Of a DNA stretch of 64,000 bases, positions 36,433 through 46,486 are shown one piece after another. A model generated the notes under the pieces. That model was not told where the DNA came from. It did not search any database and saw only the letters and a program-made list of their open reading frames with translations. The position numbers were made by a program, and so were the translations under genes. This DNA comes from an uncultured SAR86 cluster bacterium (GTDB lineage: Bacteria > Pseudomonadota > Gammaproteobacteria > Magnimaribacterales > D2472). Position 1 is the stretch's first letter; each line of letters opens with the position of its first letter. Where the stretch lies: contig CACOEZ010000002.1 in NCBI GenBank assembly GCA_902626385.1, forward strand, positions 17,509 through 81,508, written 5' to 3'.

Positions 36433-37322
36433 TATCTGAAAAAAATATATTAAATACCTTTAAGCATCTGATAAATAAGTCAGATGTGGATGGTATAGTT
36501 GTTGTCGGCTCTGGAGATGATGCTGCAGTTCTGGATACTAAGGAAAAAAATTTAGTACATTCTGTTGATATATCAAAAATAGATACACACTTCCCGAAAA
36601 ATTTTCCAGCCGAAGATGTTGCATATCGTTCTATTGCAATAGCTTTAAGTGATCTCGCAGCAATGGGAGCCTTCCCATCATTTATTACTATTGGACTTAC
36701 ATCTAATTCCAAAAGTATCAAGTGGTATGAAGATTTTACAAAAGGCATTGAAAAATCATTAGATGATTTTCAAATAAAACTTGTTGGAGGCGATGTAACA
36801 TATGGTGAGTTAAGTATTTGTGCAAATGTTTTTGGTTTTCTTTATAACAAACCACTTCAAAGATCAGGTGCGCGCATAGGCGATAAGATTTATTTAACAG
36901 GAAAGCTAGGCGAGGGTAGACAAGGCCTAAAAGATTTTAATAACAATATCAATTCCAAATATTGCAAGAAATTTAAAAAACCTGAACCTCAATTTATCAA
37001 AAGTAAATTCATATCATCTTATGCATCTTCCTGTATTGATATTTCTGATGGATTGATTAAGGATTTATCTAGTATTTGTTCAATGTCTGATGTGGGTGCA
37101 AAGATATTTTATGAGGATATACCTATACACAAAGACATAGAAGATTTAAGTCATGGTGATGATTTTGAGTTATGTTTTACAGCTTCAAAAGAACATTCAT
37201 CTAAATTCAAAAAAAATGGATATTTTTGCATTGGTGAAATTTTAGATGGAGATAAACTTACATTGATTAGAGACAATAACGTAATTGAGTTAGATTCAGA
37301 TGGCTGGGATTCCTTTAAATAA
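36429..37322 (+). CDS. thiL: Thiamine-monophosphate kinase
   Basis: GDDAAV, LSDLAAMGA, GGD, IDISDGL, GDDFELCFT. Confidence 0.9.
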   Translation: MISEKNILNTFKHLINKSDVDGIVVVGSGDDAAVLDTKEKNLVHSVDISKIDTHFPKNFPAEDVAYRSIAIALSDLAAMGAFPSFITIGLTSNSKSIKWYEDFTKGIEKSLDDFQIKLVGGDVTYGELSICANVFGFLYNKPLQRSGARIGDKIYLTGKLGEGRQGLKDFNNNINSKYCKKFKKPEPQFIKSKFISSYASSCIDISDGLIKDLSSICSMSDVGAKIFYEDIPIHKDIEDLSHGDDFELCFTASKEHSSKFKKNGYFCIGEILDGDKLTLIRDNNVIELDSDGWDSFK

Positions 37323-38370
37323 AAATATTGGGATTATAGGCGGTGGAATTACTGGTGTGATTTGTGCTATTTTTCTCGCGAAAGAAGGTAATAAAGTAAC
37401 TATTTTTGAAAGAAAGGAATTACTAGGCGAAACAAGCTCAAGAACTACAAAACTTCTTCATGGAGGCATTAGATATCTTGAGAATCTACAATTATCAGAA
37501 GTAAAAAATGGCCTCAATGATAGATATTGGTGGCTTGAAAATTTTCCTGATAATACTAAAAAAATAGAAATTATGATTCCTTTTAGGAGTTTTATTAGCT
37601 TAAAATTTTTTAAATATCTTTTTGGAATTAAGATATATGAATTTCTATCATTTACAAAAAAACTTGGAAAGGGAAGGATTGTAATTAATTCGAATAAATT
37701 TCAATCTATCAATCAAACAAAAATAAGTAACTATCTTTCATTCTTTGATGGAGCAATGGATGACAAACTTCTGGGTTCAAAACTCAAAGAACAATTGAGA
37801 GATTTAAACGTTACTATTCATGAATATTGTGAAGTCAAAAATTTTAATAATCGCGGTCAAATTAATGATTTAACTTTTGATCAAAGCATTTTAGCAGCTG
37901 GGCCTTGGACAAATATTCTTATGAAAAATAATTCTATTGATAGTGATAAGGAGATAGATTTTATTAAAGGAAGCCACTTAGTTATTAACAAAAAGATTAC
38001 AAATGGTTTTATGTTTGAGGGCATATGCAAAACAAGATATATTTTTGCATTGCCATACAGTGATAAAACTCTTTTAGGCACAACCGAGAAACGAGTTAAT
38101 ACTCCAGAAGACCCTTACATTGAAAACGATGAAAAAGATTATCTTATCAAAAGTTATAATTCAATTTTTATAAATTCAATAAAATCAACAGATATTGATT
38201 CTTCCTTTTCCGGAGTAAGACCCCTAATAAAGTCAGCTAAAAACATTCATAAATCTTCTCGAGATTTTTATGTTCAGCAGGATGATAAATTAATTAGTAT
38301 TTTTGGTGGAAAGTGGACTACAGCTCCATCAATTGCAAGGAAAGTTGTTACAATTATAAATAATGAATAG
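37300..38370 (+). CDS. FAD-dependent glycerol-3-phosphate dehydrogenase-like protein (short GlpD)
   Basis: GGGITG, TSSRTTKLLHGGIRYLE, KGSHLV, GVRPL, GGKWTT. Confidence 0.8.
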   Translation: MAGIPLNKNIGIIGGGITGVICAIFLAKEGNKVTIFERKELLGETSSRTTKLLHGGIRYLENLQLSEVKNGLNDRYWWLENFPDNTKKIEIMIPFRSFISLKFFKYLFGIKIYEFLSFTKKLGKGRIVINSNKFQSINQTKISNYLSFFDGAMDDKLLGSKLKEQLRDLNVTIHEYCEVKNFNNRGQINDLTFDQSILAAGPWTNILMKNNSIDSDKEIDFIKGSHLVINKKITNGFMFEGICKTRYIFALPYSDKTLLGTTEKRVNTPEDPYIENDEKDYLIKSYNSIFINSIKSTDIDSSFSGVRPLIKSAKNIHKSSRDFYVQQDDKLISIFGGKWTTAPSIARKVVTIINNE

Positions 38371-38848
38371 CTTCCCAAATCTTAAAAATCCATTTCATTT
38401 TTTTGCAACCCTAGGTGGCATTGGAAAAATACCATTCGCTCCAGGAACTTTTGGAAGCATTTTCTCATGGATTGTTTTTGTCTTTCTATCACACTTTATC
38501 AACATGTTTCTTTTTACAATTTTTTTGTTCCTTTTTTCTATTTGGATATGTGAAGAAGCTTCAAAATATCTTGAGAAAAGAGATCATAAGGCTATTGTGA
38601 TAGATGAGATGGTTGGTATGTGGATAGCTTTATTGCCAGTATTGGTTTTGGCTAGCACTCAATTTGAAAGAACCACATATGCGATTGCTGCATTAATTTT
38701 CTTTCGCATTTTTGACATTCTAAAACCTTTTCCTGTTTCCTATTTTGATAAAAGATACAAAAATGGTTTTGGTATCGTAGCAGATGATGCCATTGCTGCT
38801 TTGATGGCTATATTACCTGCATATATTACATTAATTCTTTTATCTTAG
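38363..38848 (+). CDS. pgpA: Phosphatidylglycerophosphatase A
   Basis: APGTFGS, DH..IVIDEMVG, FRIFDILKPFP, GIVADD. Confidence 0.92.
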   Translation: MNSFPNLKNPFHFFATLGGIGKIPFAPGTFGSIFSWIVFVFLSHFINMFLFTIFLFLFSIWICEEASKYLEKRDHKAIVIDEMVGMWIALLPVLVLASTQFERTTYAIAALIFFRIFDILKPFPVSYFDKRYKNGFGIVADDAIAALMAILPAYITLILLS

Positions 38849-40694
38849 ACTCAATCTTATCAGCTGTAAGGCCTGCTTCGTCGAGCATTTCTTCTCTTGT
38901 AGCATGATCTATGAACGAATCAGGTATTCCCAAAAGCAGTGATTTTATATTTATTTTATTTTCCGAACAAAATTCTTGTACCGCACTTCCAGCACCGCCC
39001 ATAATAGAACCATCCTCAAGCGAAATAAATAAGTCTGCATTGCTTAGATACTTTATAAGTATTTCTTTATCAAGAGGTTTAACGAATCGCATATCTATCA
39101 GGGTTAGTTTGAGATTTTTGGACACTTTCTCTGCTAGATGAAGTAACGAACCAAAATTTAACAAAATAACCTTCGTATTATTTTCAGCTATCAATCTTGC
39201 TTTACCAATATCAACTGTCTCTAATTTTTCATCAACTTTTACGTTAGGGCCTTCTCCTCGTGGATATCTTACAGAAACTGGGCCATGATGATTAAATGCA
39301 CTTGTAAGCATTAACCTTGTTTCATTTTCGTCGGCTGGAGTACAGATTGTCATGTTTGGTATGCACCTCAAGTATGCAATATCATAATTTCCTGAGTGAG
39401 TGGGACCATCTTCACCTACTAAACCAGCTCTATCTAGTGCAAAAGTTACGTTAAGGTTTTGCACCGCAACATCATGAATTAACTGATCATATGCTCTTTG
39501 TAAAAATGTTGAGTAAATTGCTACAACTGGCTTTTTACCTGCTATTGCAAGCCCAGCACCAAATGTAACCGAATGTTGTTCTGCTATTGCAACATCAAAA
39601 TATCTATCTGGAAATTTTTTACTAAATTCTACTAGTCCAGAACCTTCTCTCATTGCAGGAGTAATAGCAACAAGATCCTTATCTTTATCAGCCATGTCTA
39701 CAATCCAATCACTAAAGATATCTTGATATTTCTTCTTATTGGATTTTTTTTGTTTTATTGATTTAATTTTTCCAATAGCATGAAAACCAATTCTGTCAGC
39801 TTCGGCTGGATCAAGGCCAGCACCTTTTTTTGTGATTACATGTAAAAATTGAGGGCCATCAAATTCTTTTAAGTTAGAGATCACATCCTTCATTTCTTTT
39901 AAATTATGACCATCAATGGGACCAATGTAATTAAGCCCCAATTCCTCAAATATCGTTCCAGGCGCAACCATAGCTTTCATTTGAGTCTCAACCTTTCTTG
40001 CTAGATGATAGGCTTGAGGAAGAGGTTTTAAAAAACTAGCACCACTTTTTTTTATTCCTTTATATGTTTTTGAAGCCCATATTCTTGAAAAGTAATTAGA
40101 TAATCCTCCAACATTCTCCGAAATAGACATATCGTTGTCATTTAAAATTATTAAAACATTTGGTTTTATGTGTCCTGTATGGCTGAGTGCTTCAAATGCC
40201 ATCCCGGCAGTCATTGCTCCATCACCAATTACAGCAACATGTTTTTTTTCTGGATCTGATTCAGCTGCGGCAACAGCCATGCCTAATAGTGCGCTTATAG
40301 AAGTACTTGAGTGACCGACTCCAAACGAATCATAATCACTTTCATTAATTGAGGGAAATGGAGCAAGGCCATCTTTTTTTCTAATAGTCTCAATTTCATT
40401 TTTTCTACCTGTAAGGATTTTATGTGGATATGCTTGATGACCTACATCCCATACAAGTTTATCAAACGGAGTATTGTATAAGTAATGTAAAATTATAGTG
40501 AGCTCAACAACTCCAAGGCCTCCGCCAAGATGCCCACCGCTTTGGCCAACTGAATAAAGCAAAAACTCCCTAAGCTCATCAGATAAAGTTTGCAGCTCGC
40601 CTATTGAAAAAGACCTAATGTCTGCTGGAATCTCTACTTTGTCTAACAAAGGAGTAATCGGTTTTTTAGCTGGAATTTCTTTAAAAATTTTCAA
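38826..40694 (-). CDS. dxs: 1-deoxy-D-xylulose-5-phosphate synthase
   Basis: WDVGHQAYPHK, GDGAMTAG, IAEQH, DRAGLVGEDGPTH. Confidence 0.96.
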   Translation of the reverse strand: MKIFKEIPAKKPITPLLDKVEIPADIRSFSIGELQTLSDELREFLLYSVGQSGGHLGGGLGVVELTIILHYLYNTPFDKLVWDVGHQAYPHKILTGRKNEIETIRKKDGLAPFPSINESDYDSFGVGHSSTSISALLGMAVAAAESDPEKKHVAVIGDGAMTAGMAFEALSHTGHIKPNVLIILNDNDMSISENVGGLSNYFSRIWASKTYKGIKKSGASFLKPLPQAYHLARKVETQMKAMVAPGTIFEELGLNYIGPIDGHNLKEMKDVISNLKEFDGPQFLHVITKKGAGLDPAEADRIGFHAIGKIKSIKQKKSNKKKYQDIFSDWIVDMADKDKDLVAITPAMREGSGLVEFSKKFPDRYFDVAIAEQHSVTFGAGLAIAGKKPVVAIYSTFLQRAYDQLIHDVAVQNLNVTFALDRAGLVGEDGPTHSGNYDIAYLRCIPNMTICTPADENETRLMLTSAFNHHGPVSVRYPRGEGPNVKVDEKLETVDIGKARLIAENNTKVILLNFGSLLHLAEKVSKNLKLTLIDMRFVKPLDKEILIKYLSNADLFISLEDGSIMGGAGSAVQEFCSENKINIKSLLLGIPDSFIDHATREEMLDEAGLTADKIESKIKELM

Positions 40695-40695
40695 C

Positions 40696-41565
40696 TTATT
40701 TCTCTCTATACGTAATATATTTTGCTAATTCTATCAGCATATTTATATTGCTTATATTTTCTTTCGAAATTTCATATATAGCGGAATCTGATAATTTTTT
40801 AGATTCCACAATTGCCTCATCAAAACCTACAACGTTAACGTAAGTTGCTTTATTATTTTTCTTATCTGAATTTATATTTTTCCCAAGTGTTTGCTTGTCT
40901 GATGTAACCTCAAGCAAATCATCTGTTATTTGAAAAGCAAGACCAATGTTTATTCCAAACTTTTTAAAATTTTCATAGTATTTGTCATATTTTTTTCCTA
41001 GTTGCCCTAAAGAAACAGCACATTGAATCAACATGCCTGTTTTTAACATATGAATTTTTTCAATATAACTTTTATCAATTTTCTTTGATTCATTCTCAAT
41101 ATCTAAAGACTGACCATGAACCATACCGTTTTTACCACATGCTTTTGTAAGCAGGCTAACTGCTTCAACTTTCAAGTCAGAGCTTAAATTTGAGTCATTT
41201 ACAATAATTTCATAAGCAAGTGCTTGAAGAGCATCACCAGCAAGAATTGCATTCGCTTCACCAAACTTTATATGATTTGATTCTTTTCCTCTTCTAAAAT
41301 CGTCATCATCCATTGATGGAAGATCGTCATGAATTAAAGAGTAGGTGTGTATTAATTCAATAGCAGTCGCTAAAGTTAAAATACTCTCCTTCTTTAAATC
41401 TTTGTTTGATTCAGCTGAAGCAAATATCAAAGCAGCTCTAATCATCTTGCTTTTACTCAAAGCTGAGTAGTTCATTGCTATTTCAATAGAGTTTGATTGG
41501 CCTATTACTGACTCTATGTTACTTAAAACTTGCTCTCTTACTTGCGATAAAAACTTATCAAGCAT
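40696..41565 (-). CDS. ispA: Farnesyl diphosphate synthase
   Basis: HDDLPSMDDDDFRRG, FQITDDLL. Confidence 0.92.
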   Translation of the reverse strand: MLDKFLSQVREQVLSNIESVIGQSNSIEIAMNYSALSKSKMIRAALIFASAESNKDLKKESILTLATAIELIHTYSLIHDDLPSMDDDDFRRGKESNHIKFGEANAILAGDALQALAYEIIVNDSNLSSDLKVEAVSLLTKACGKNGMVHGQSLDIENESKKIDKSYIEKIHMLKTGMLIQCAVSLGQLGKKYDKYYENFKKFGINIGLAFQITDDLLEVTSDKQTLGKNINSDKKNNKATYVNVVGFDEAIVESKKLSDSAIYEISKENISNINMLIELAKYITYREK

Positions 41566-41574
41566 AAGCTTTCT

Positions 41575-41796
41575 TTAGTTTTCAATTTCATCTAAAGAAC
41601 CATCATCTAAAAGTTTTTTTATCTTTAGTTCAGCTTTTTGGAGTTGTTCTTGACAATCTTTTACGAGATTTACACCTTCTTCAAAAGATTTTACAGAATC
41701 CTCAAGACTTATGTTTTCATCTTCCAGTTTGGTAACAATTGATTCCAACTCTTTTAAAGAGGCTTCAAAATCTATTTTCTTATCATCTTTGGACAT
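41575..41796 (-). CDS. xseB: Exodeoxyribonuclease VII small subunit
   Basis: FEASLKELESIV..LE...SLEDSVKSFEEG; xseB-ispA-dxs synteny. Confidence 0.92.
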   Translation of the reverse strand: MSKDDKKIDFEASLKELESIVTKLEDENISLEDSVKSFEEGVNLVKDCQEQLQKAELKIKKLLDDGSLDEIEN

Positions 41797-41813
41797 ATTT
41801 TTATTGTAATTTA

Positions 41814-44800
41814 TTAGTTAGTATTTGGGATCATTTTTTTATATCTATCTTTTAATGCATACGGCAATGCAAGTACAGCAGGTGTGAGAATTAAAGTGAT
41901 GAATGTACTAAAACCAAGTCCCCAAACAATCGAAACTGCAAGATTTGACCACCAATCAACAACTCTACTTCCAACTACAATGTCACGGGAAATAACATCA
42001 ACACTTATACCCATTGCAAGAGGCATTAATCCAAATATTGTTGTAAGAGAAGTTAAAATAATAGGCCTTAATCTTTGTTTGCATGCATTAATAATGTGAA
42101 TAGATTTTTCAATCTGAGGAGATTCATCTTTTAGCTTATTAAAAGTATCAATTAATACAATATTATTATTAACCACAATACCTGCTAGGGTAACAATAGA
42201 GATTCCAGTCATTGTGGTACTAAATGATTTCCCAGTAATTAAAAGTCCCAATAAAACTCCAACAAAAGAAATGGTTACAGCAGATAGGATAATAAAGGAT
42301 TGATAAAAGCTATTAAATTGAGTAATTAGCATGAGTAACATCATAAACACAGCTGTAATACCAGCCACAATAATAAAATTATTTACCTCTTCTGTTTCTT
42401 CTGCCATTCCACTGAATTGATAAGTTATTCCTGGACCTAGATATGTTGAAGCAAGCCAATTATCTAATTCTTTAATTTTTTTTGAAACTTCAGACTCATC
42501 AACAGTTCCTGCACCAACTTCTTGAAAATATTTTCCATTTTTTCTATTTATTGTTTGACGATTCTCTTTTGGTACGACGTTTACAAAAGAACTAACCGGA
42601 ACAGTTCCTTGTCTAGTTACAACATTTAAATCTCTTACCCCTGTAATTGTTCTGTCTGAATCAGGAAATCTTGCTCTAATTTCCACCTCATCTTTTGCAT
42701 CATCTGGCCTATATTCACCTACCTTAAATCCAGAGGTTAACATTTGAACCAAAGCACCAACATCGCTAACACTTACCCCAAGTTGCGCAGCTTTTTGTTT
42801 ATCAACTTCAACACTCCACTCTACTGATGGATAAGCTTTTGATGAAAATATATTATTTAGACCCACCATTCCAGTTCGCATATAATTCTCAATTAATGTA
42901 ACTGCAGCATTAACTTCATCTTCTGTGTCTCCATAAACATCAAGTTCAATAGGAGAGTCAAATGATGGACCACCTTCATCGGCTTCAACTTCAACAGAAA
43001 TGCCTGGAAGATCCCTCGTAGATTCTTTTAAGCGATCCATTATTTCAAAGCCAGATATTTTAGTTTGAGACGGCTCTAGTGTTTCAATGAAACCACCACC
43101 GATTCTATCGGCTCCTGATTGCCACCAGTTTGTTCCAGAACGAAGATATACATTTTTAATCCCTTCGACCTGAAGAAATCTTTCTTCAACCTGTTCAATA
43201 ATTTCTTTTGTTTCAAGAGCAGAAAAATTACCCCTAGCTTTTACAGTTATATTAGCTTGAATAGGATCCACAATAGCAAAATAAATTGTTCCCATTCCTG
43301 AAATTGAGTAACTCATTATTATGATCAGTAAGACAGAAATAACAGCAGTGACTGTTTCAATGGGATTATTAACAAATCTCTTAATATATTTACCATACCA
43401 ATCTGTTAACTTAACAAATATTGATGTATGTCCATTATCATTATTCAAAGCAGATTCCTTTTGACCAAAATATGAACCTAAAACAGGAATTACAATGAGT
43501 GAGTAAAATAGGGATGCTGATAATACAAAAAAGATAGTAATTGGAAGATATTTCATAAACTGGCCTGTAAAACCTGGCCAAAACATCATCGGAATGAATG
43601 CTGCCAAAGTTGTACCAGTTGAAGCAATTATCGGATAGAACATCCTTTTTGATGCAAGGGTGTAACCATCTACTCTTGAGAGACCCTCTGCAATTTTTTT
43701 GTCAGCATATTCTGTTATAACTATCGAGCCATCTATAAGCATACCCATTCCAAGGAGCAGACCCATCATTACAAGAAAATTAACTTCCATATTCAGACTA
43801 TATAAAATCAAATACGTCATTAAAAAACAGAATGGGATCGACAATCCCACAAGCATTGAAACCCTTGGGCCCATGCTTGCAATTACAAGTACCATGATTA
43901 AGATAACAGCCGCAATAATATTCCCATTGAGCTCTTTTACCATGAGACTTGCATATATAGTATCGTCATTGGAAACAACAATTTTTAAATTTTTAGGAAG
44001 TGTTTCCTCAAACTCTAACAATTTTTCTCTAATAGCATTTGAAGCATCAATTGCATTCGCACTTTCCCTTAAAGATATTTCAAGCGTTACAGCATCTTGT
44101 CCATTTACTCGCGCGTAGGATGTAAAGTCTTTGAAAGTTCTTTTGATAGTAGCAATGTCTCCCAAAGTGACAATCGCATCTTTTGTTACCTTTACTGGAA
44201 TTGCATAAACATCTTTGGCTGATTCAATGATACTAGGAACTTCAATATTAAAACTTCCTCTGCCTGTATCTTGCTTTCCACCAGGAATAATTAGATTGTT
44301 ATTTGATACTGAGTAATAAATATCTGACAAAGTTACCCCATAAGACTCCATTTTTGCTTTATCTATAACCCCTTCAAGAACTTCTTCAGGAGCACCAGTC
44401 ATTCTTACTTCAAGAATCTGTTCAATAGGTTCAATCTGATCTTTAAGTTCTCGAGCATAAAAAACCTTTTGCCTAACAGAACTACCTCCAACAATACTAA
44501 TGTTCATCACAGGAAAACTTGCTTCACTATATTCTTGAATTTGGGGATCTTCCGCCTCTAAAGGTAATTGATATTTAATTTCTTCAACACCTTGCTTAAC
44601 ATCTACCAAAGCTTGGTCAATATCAAAACCTACTTCAAACTCAAGAAACACTCTTGCATAGCTCAAGTAGCTTGTTGATCGGATATTTTCAACACCAGTA
44701 ACAGTTTTAAGTCTATTTTCAAGAGGTCTTGCAATAAGCCTAGAGGTGTCGCCTGGTGATGCCCCATCAAGAAACACAGAAACTGTTATGAAAGGAAGCT

Positions 44801-44924
44801 GAACATTTGGCGATGCTGCTATTGGAATTTCTTGTCTGGCATATGTACCAGCTATGATTACCATAAAGGCAATCAAAAGAGTTGTTTTAGCTTTTTTTAT
44901 AGCAAAGTCAATTATTTTTATCAT
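41814..44924 (-). CDS. RND efflux transporter permease (AcrB/AcrD/AcrF family)
   Basis: 1036 aa, 12-TM pattern, GMLIDGSIVITE, GIVVNNNIVLID, RLRPIILTSLTT. Confidence 0.92.
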   Translation of the reverse strand: MIKIIDFAIKKAKTTLLIAFMVIIAGTYARQEIPIAASPNVQLPFITVSVFLDGASPGDTSRLIARPLENRLKTVTGVENIRSTSYLSYARVFLEFEVGFDIDQALVDVKQGVEEIKYQLPLEAEDPQIQEYSEASFPVMNISIVGGSSVRQKVFYARELKDQIEPIEQILEVRMTGAPEEVLEGVIDKAKMESYGVTLSDIYYSVSNNNLIIPGGKQDTGRGSFNIEVPSIIESAKDVYAIPVKVTKDAIVTLGDIATIKRTFKDFTSYARVNGQDAVTLEISLRESANAIDASNAIREKLLEFEETLPKNLKIVVSNDDTIYASLMVKELNGNIIAAVILIMVLVIASMGPRVSMLVGLSIPFCFLMTYLILYSLNMEVNFLVMMGLLLGMGMLIDGSIVITEYADKKIAEGLSRVDGYTLASKRMFYPIIASTGTTLAAFIPMMFWPGFTGQFMKYLPITIFFVLSASLFYSLIVIPVLGSYFGQKESALNNDNGHTSIFVKLTDWYGKYIKRFVNNPIETVTAVISVLLIIIMSYSISGMGTIYFAIVDPIQANITVKARGNFSALETKEIIEQVEERFLQVEGIKNVYLRSGTNWWQSGADRIGGGFIETLEPSQTKISGFEIMDRLKESTRDLPGISVEVEADEGGPSFDSPIELDVYGDTEDEVNAAVTLIENYMRTGMVGLNNIFSSKAYPSVEWSVEVDKQKAAQLGVSVSDVGALVQMLTSGFKVGEYRPDDAKDEVEIRARFPDSDRTITGVRDLNVVTRQGTVPVSSFVNVVPKENRQTINRKNGKYFQEVGAGTVDESEVSKKIKELDNWLASTYLGPGITYQFSGMAEETEEVNNFIIVAGITAVFMMLLMLITQFNSFYQSFIILSAVTISFVGVLLGLLITGKSFSTTMTGISIVTLAGIVVNNNIVLIDTFNKLKDESPQIEKSIHIINACKQRLRPIILTSLTTIFGLMPLAMGISVDVISRDIVVGSRVVDWWSNLAVSIVWGLGFSTFITLILTPAVLALPYALKDRYKKMIPNTN

Positions 44925-45799
44925 ATGGGATTAGTGATAACCTCTTGACCATCTTCAACAAAACCCTGGCCTTGAATAATGATTTCTACATTTTCTGAAA
45001 TCCCAGTTACCCACAATCCTTCCTCAGAGTCCTCTAAAATGACTATCTCTACAAATTTTGCTAGATTGCCATCACTTACTATTCTTATACCTAATTTACC
45101 CTCATCATTTAAAAGTAAAATTGATGGAGATATCTTATGAGCCTTAACACGATCAATTTCAATGCTTATTTCTGCTGTAAGACCATCTTTAATAAGCCCC
45201 TCAGGATTATTTATTTGTGATTCAACGCTAAAAGTTCTTGTATCAGGTGACGCACTTTTTGATACAAAAGTTAATTTACCTTCAATCTTTTGACCAGTTA
45301 CTAAATCAACAAAAACATTTTGATTTACACGAACTTTATTAATATCGTATTCAGGAACTCCGGCAACTAATGAAATTGGATCTAGCTGAATTATAGTTGC
45401 ACATATTTGTCCTCTTTCAAGAAAATTTCCTGGTTTAACAATCTGTTCAATGTAACCAGAAAAAGGGGCCTTTACCTCAGTTCTATTTAGCTCCACGACA
45501 CCTAAACTACACAAGACAGTATCTTTTTCAACAAAATTACCTTGTGTTGCACCTATGTTGACAACTTCACCAGAAGTTTTCGCTTTAACATTAATTCTTT
45601 TTTCTGACTTAGTTGTAGCTTTAAGTTTGATATAAGGCTGATATTCTATAGCTTCACTAAGAAGTGTCTGAACACTGAATAGTTCATTAGTATCAACCAC
45701 TTTTTGTGGCTCATCATTTTTAAAAAAACCAGAGATCATCCATAAAAGAATTGGAATTAATATATACAACGATAGTCTTATATTTTGTGTTAACTTCAT
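44921..45799 (-). CDS. RND periplasmic adaptor (MFP), apparently lacking the alpha-helical hairpin
   Basis: N-terminal TM, lipoyl half-motifs joined directly (VLCSLGVVELNRTEVKAPFSG), TRTF.VE, GQGFVEDG. Confidence 0.85.
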   Translation of the reverse strand: MKLTQNIRLSLYILIPILLWMISGFFKNDEPQKVVDTNELFSVQTLLSEAIEYQPYIKLKATTKSEKRINVKAKTSGEVVNIGATQGNFVEKDTVLCSLGVVELNRTEVKAPFSGYIEQIVKPGNFLERGQICATIIQLDPISLVAGVPEYDINKVRVNQNVFVDLVTGQKIEGKLTFVSKSASPDTRTFSVESQINNPEGLIKDGLTAEISIEIDRVKAHKISPSILLLNDEGKLGIRIVSDGNLAKFVEIVILEDSEEGLWVTGISENVEIIIQGQGFVEDGQEVITNPI

Positions 45800-45814
45800 A
45801 TGCTAATGTTTATG

Positions 45815-45837
45815 TATTGACATCATCTATGTCAATA
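45815..45837. promoter_or_regulatory. Perfect inverted repeat TATTGACAT-CATCT-ATGTCAATA upstream of the RND operon, candidate operator
   Basis: 9-bp perfect arms with a 5-bp spacer, 15 bp upstream of the MFP start; each strand contains TTGACA. Confidence 0.55.
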
Positions 45838-45841
45838 TTTT

Positions 45842-46486
45842 TTATACTTTATGTTTTTGCCTAAGCTTCTCAAACAGATCTTTGTTTAGTGGCTTTCTAT
45901 TTTCTAGGTCTGTATTATCTTCAATTTCAAAAATTTTTCCATTAATAGCCTCAATTTTTAAAGAATTAAAAGCTTTTTTAAAGGCATTAAAATTTTCATT
46001 TGAATTTTTTTCATTGATTTGATTCCATCCGATACTTTTTCCAGCGAAATAAACAATAGGATGTGACCAGCTATAACTTTTTCTTGGTTGATATGATTTT
46101 CTTGCTTCGATATAAGCCTCTTCAACAGTTGGGAAGCCATCTTTTTTGTTTATTTCAATACAAGCTTTCATTAAATCTGTTAATGTTGGTAAATAAGATT
46201 GAGAGGAAATTACATTTTCTACTGCTTCTATAATTACATCAGGCGATTGTTCTTTCAAACTAACAGCCCAAAGCTTTTTACCTTCCTTTAATTTTTCGTC
46301 TGTACCAAAGACTTTGTAAAATTGATAATGGTAAGCAAGCTCAAGTTTTAAAAACAAAGCGTCAATAGAGGTAATAAATTCTTCCCTATTCGAGGTTGAT
46401 TTCTTTTGCCCAAGTGTTGTCATTTTTTCTCGTTTTGAAGTCTTGTTTGTATTTTCCTGGTTCAGAATACTTTTTATCTTCTTCAT
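45842..46486 (-). CDS. Lambda replication protein P-like helicase loader
   Basis: IDALF..LELAY..QF, K.LW..SL, YLPTL, FPTVEEAYIEA, WSHPIVYFAG..GW; downstream of DnaT-like gene. Confidence 0.7.
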   Translation of the reverse strand: MKKIKSILNQENTNKTSKREKMTTLGQKKSTSNREEFITSIDALFLKLELAYHYQFYKVFGTDEKLKEGKKLWAVSLKEQSPDVIIEAVENVISSQSYLPTLTDLMKACIEINKKDGFPTVEEAYIEARKSYQPRKSYSWSHPIVYFAGKSIGWNQINEKNSNENFNAFKKAFNSLKIEAINGKIFEIEDNTDLENRKPLNKDLFEKLRQKHKV

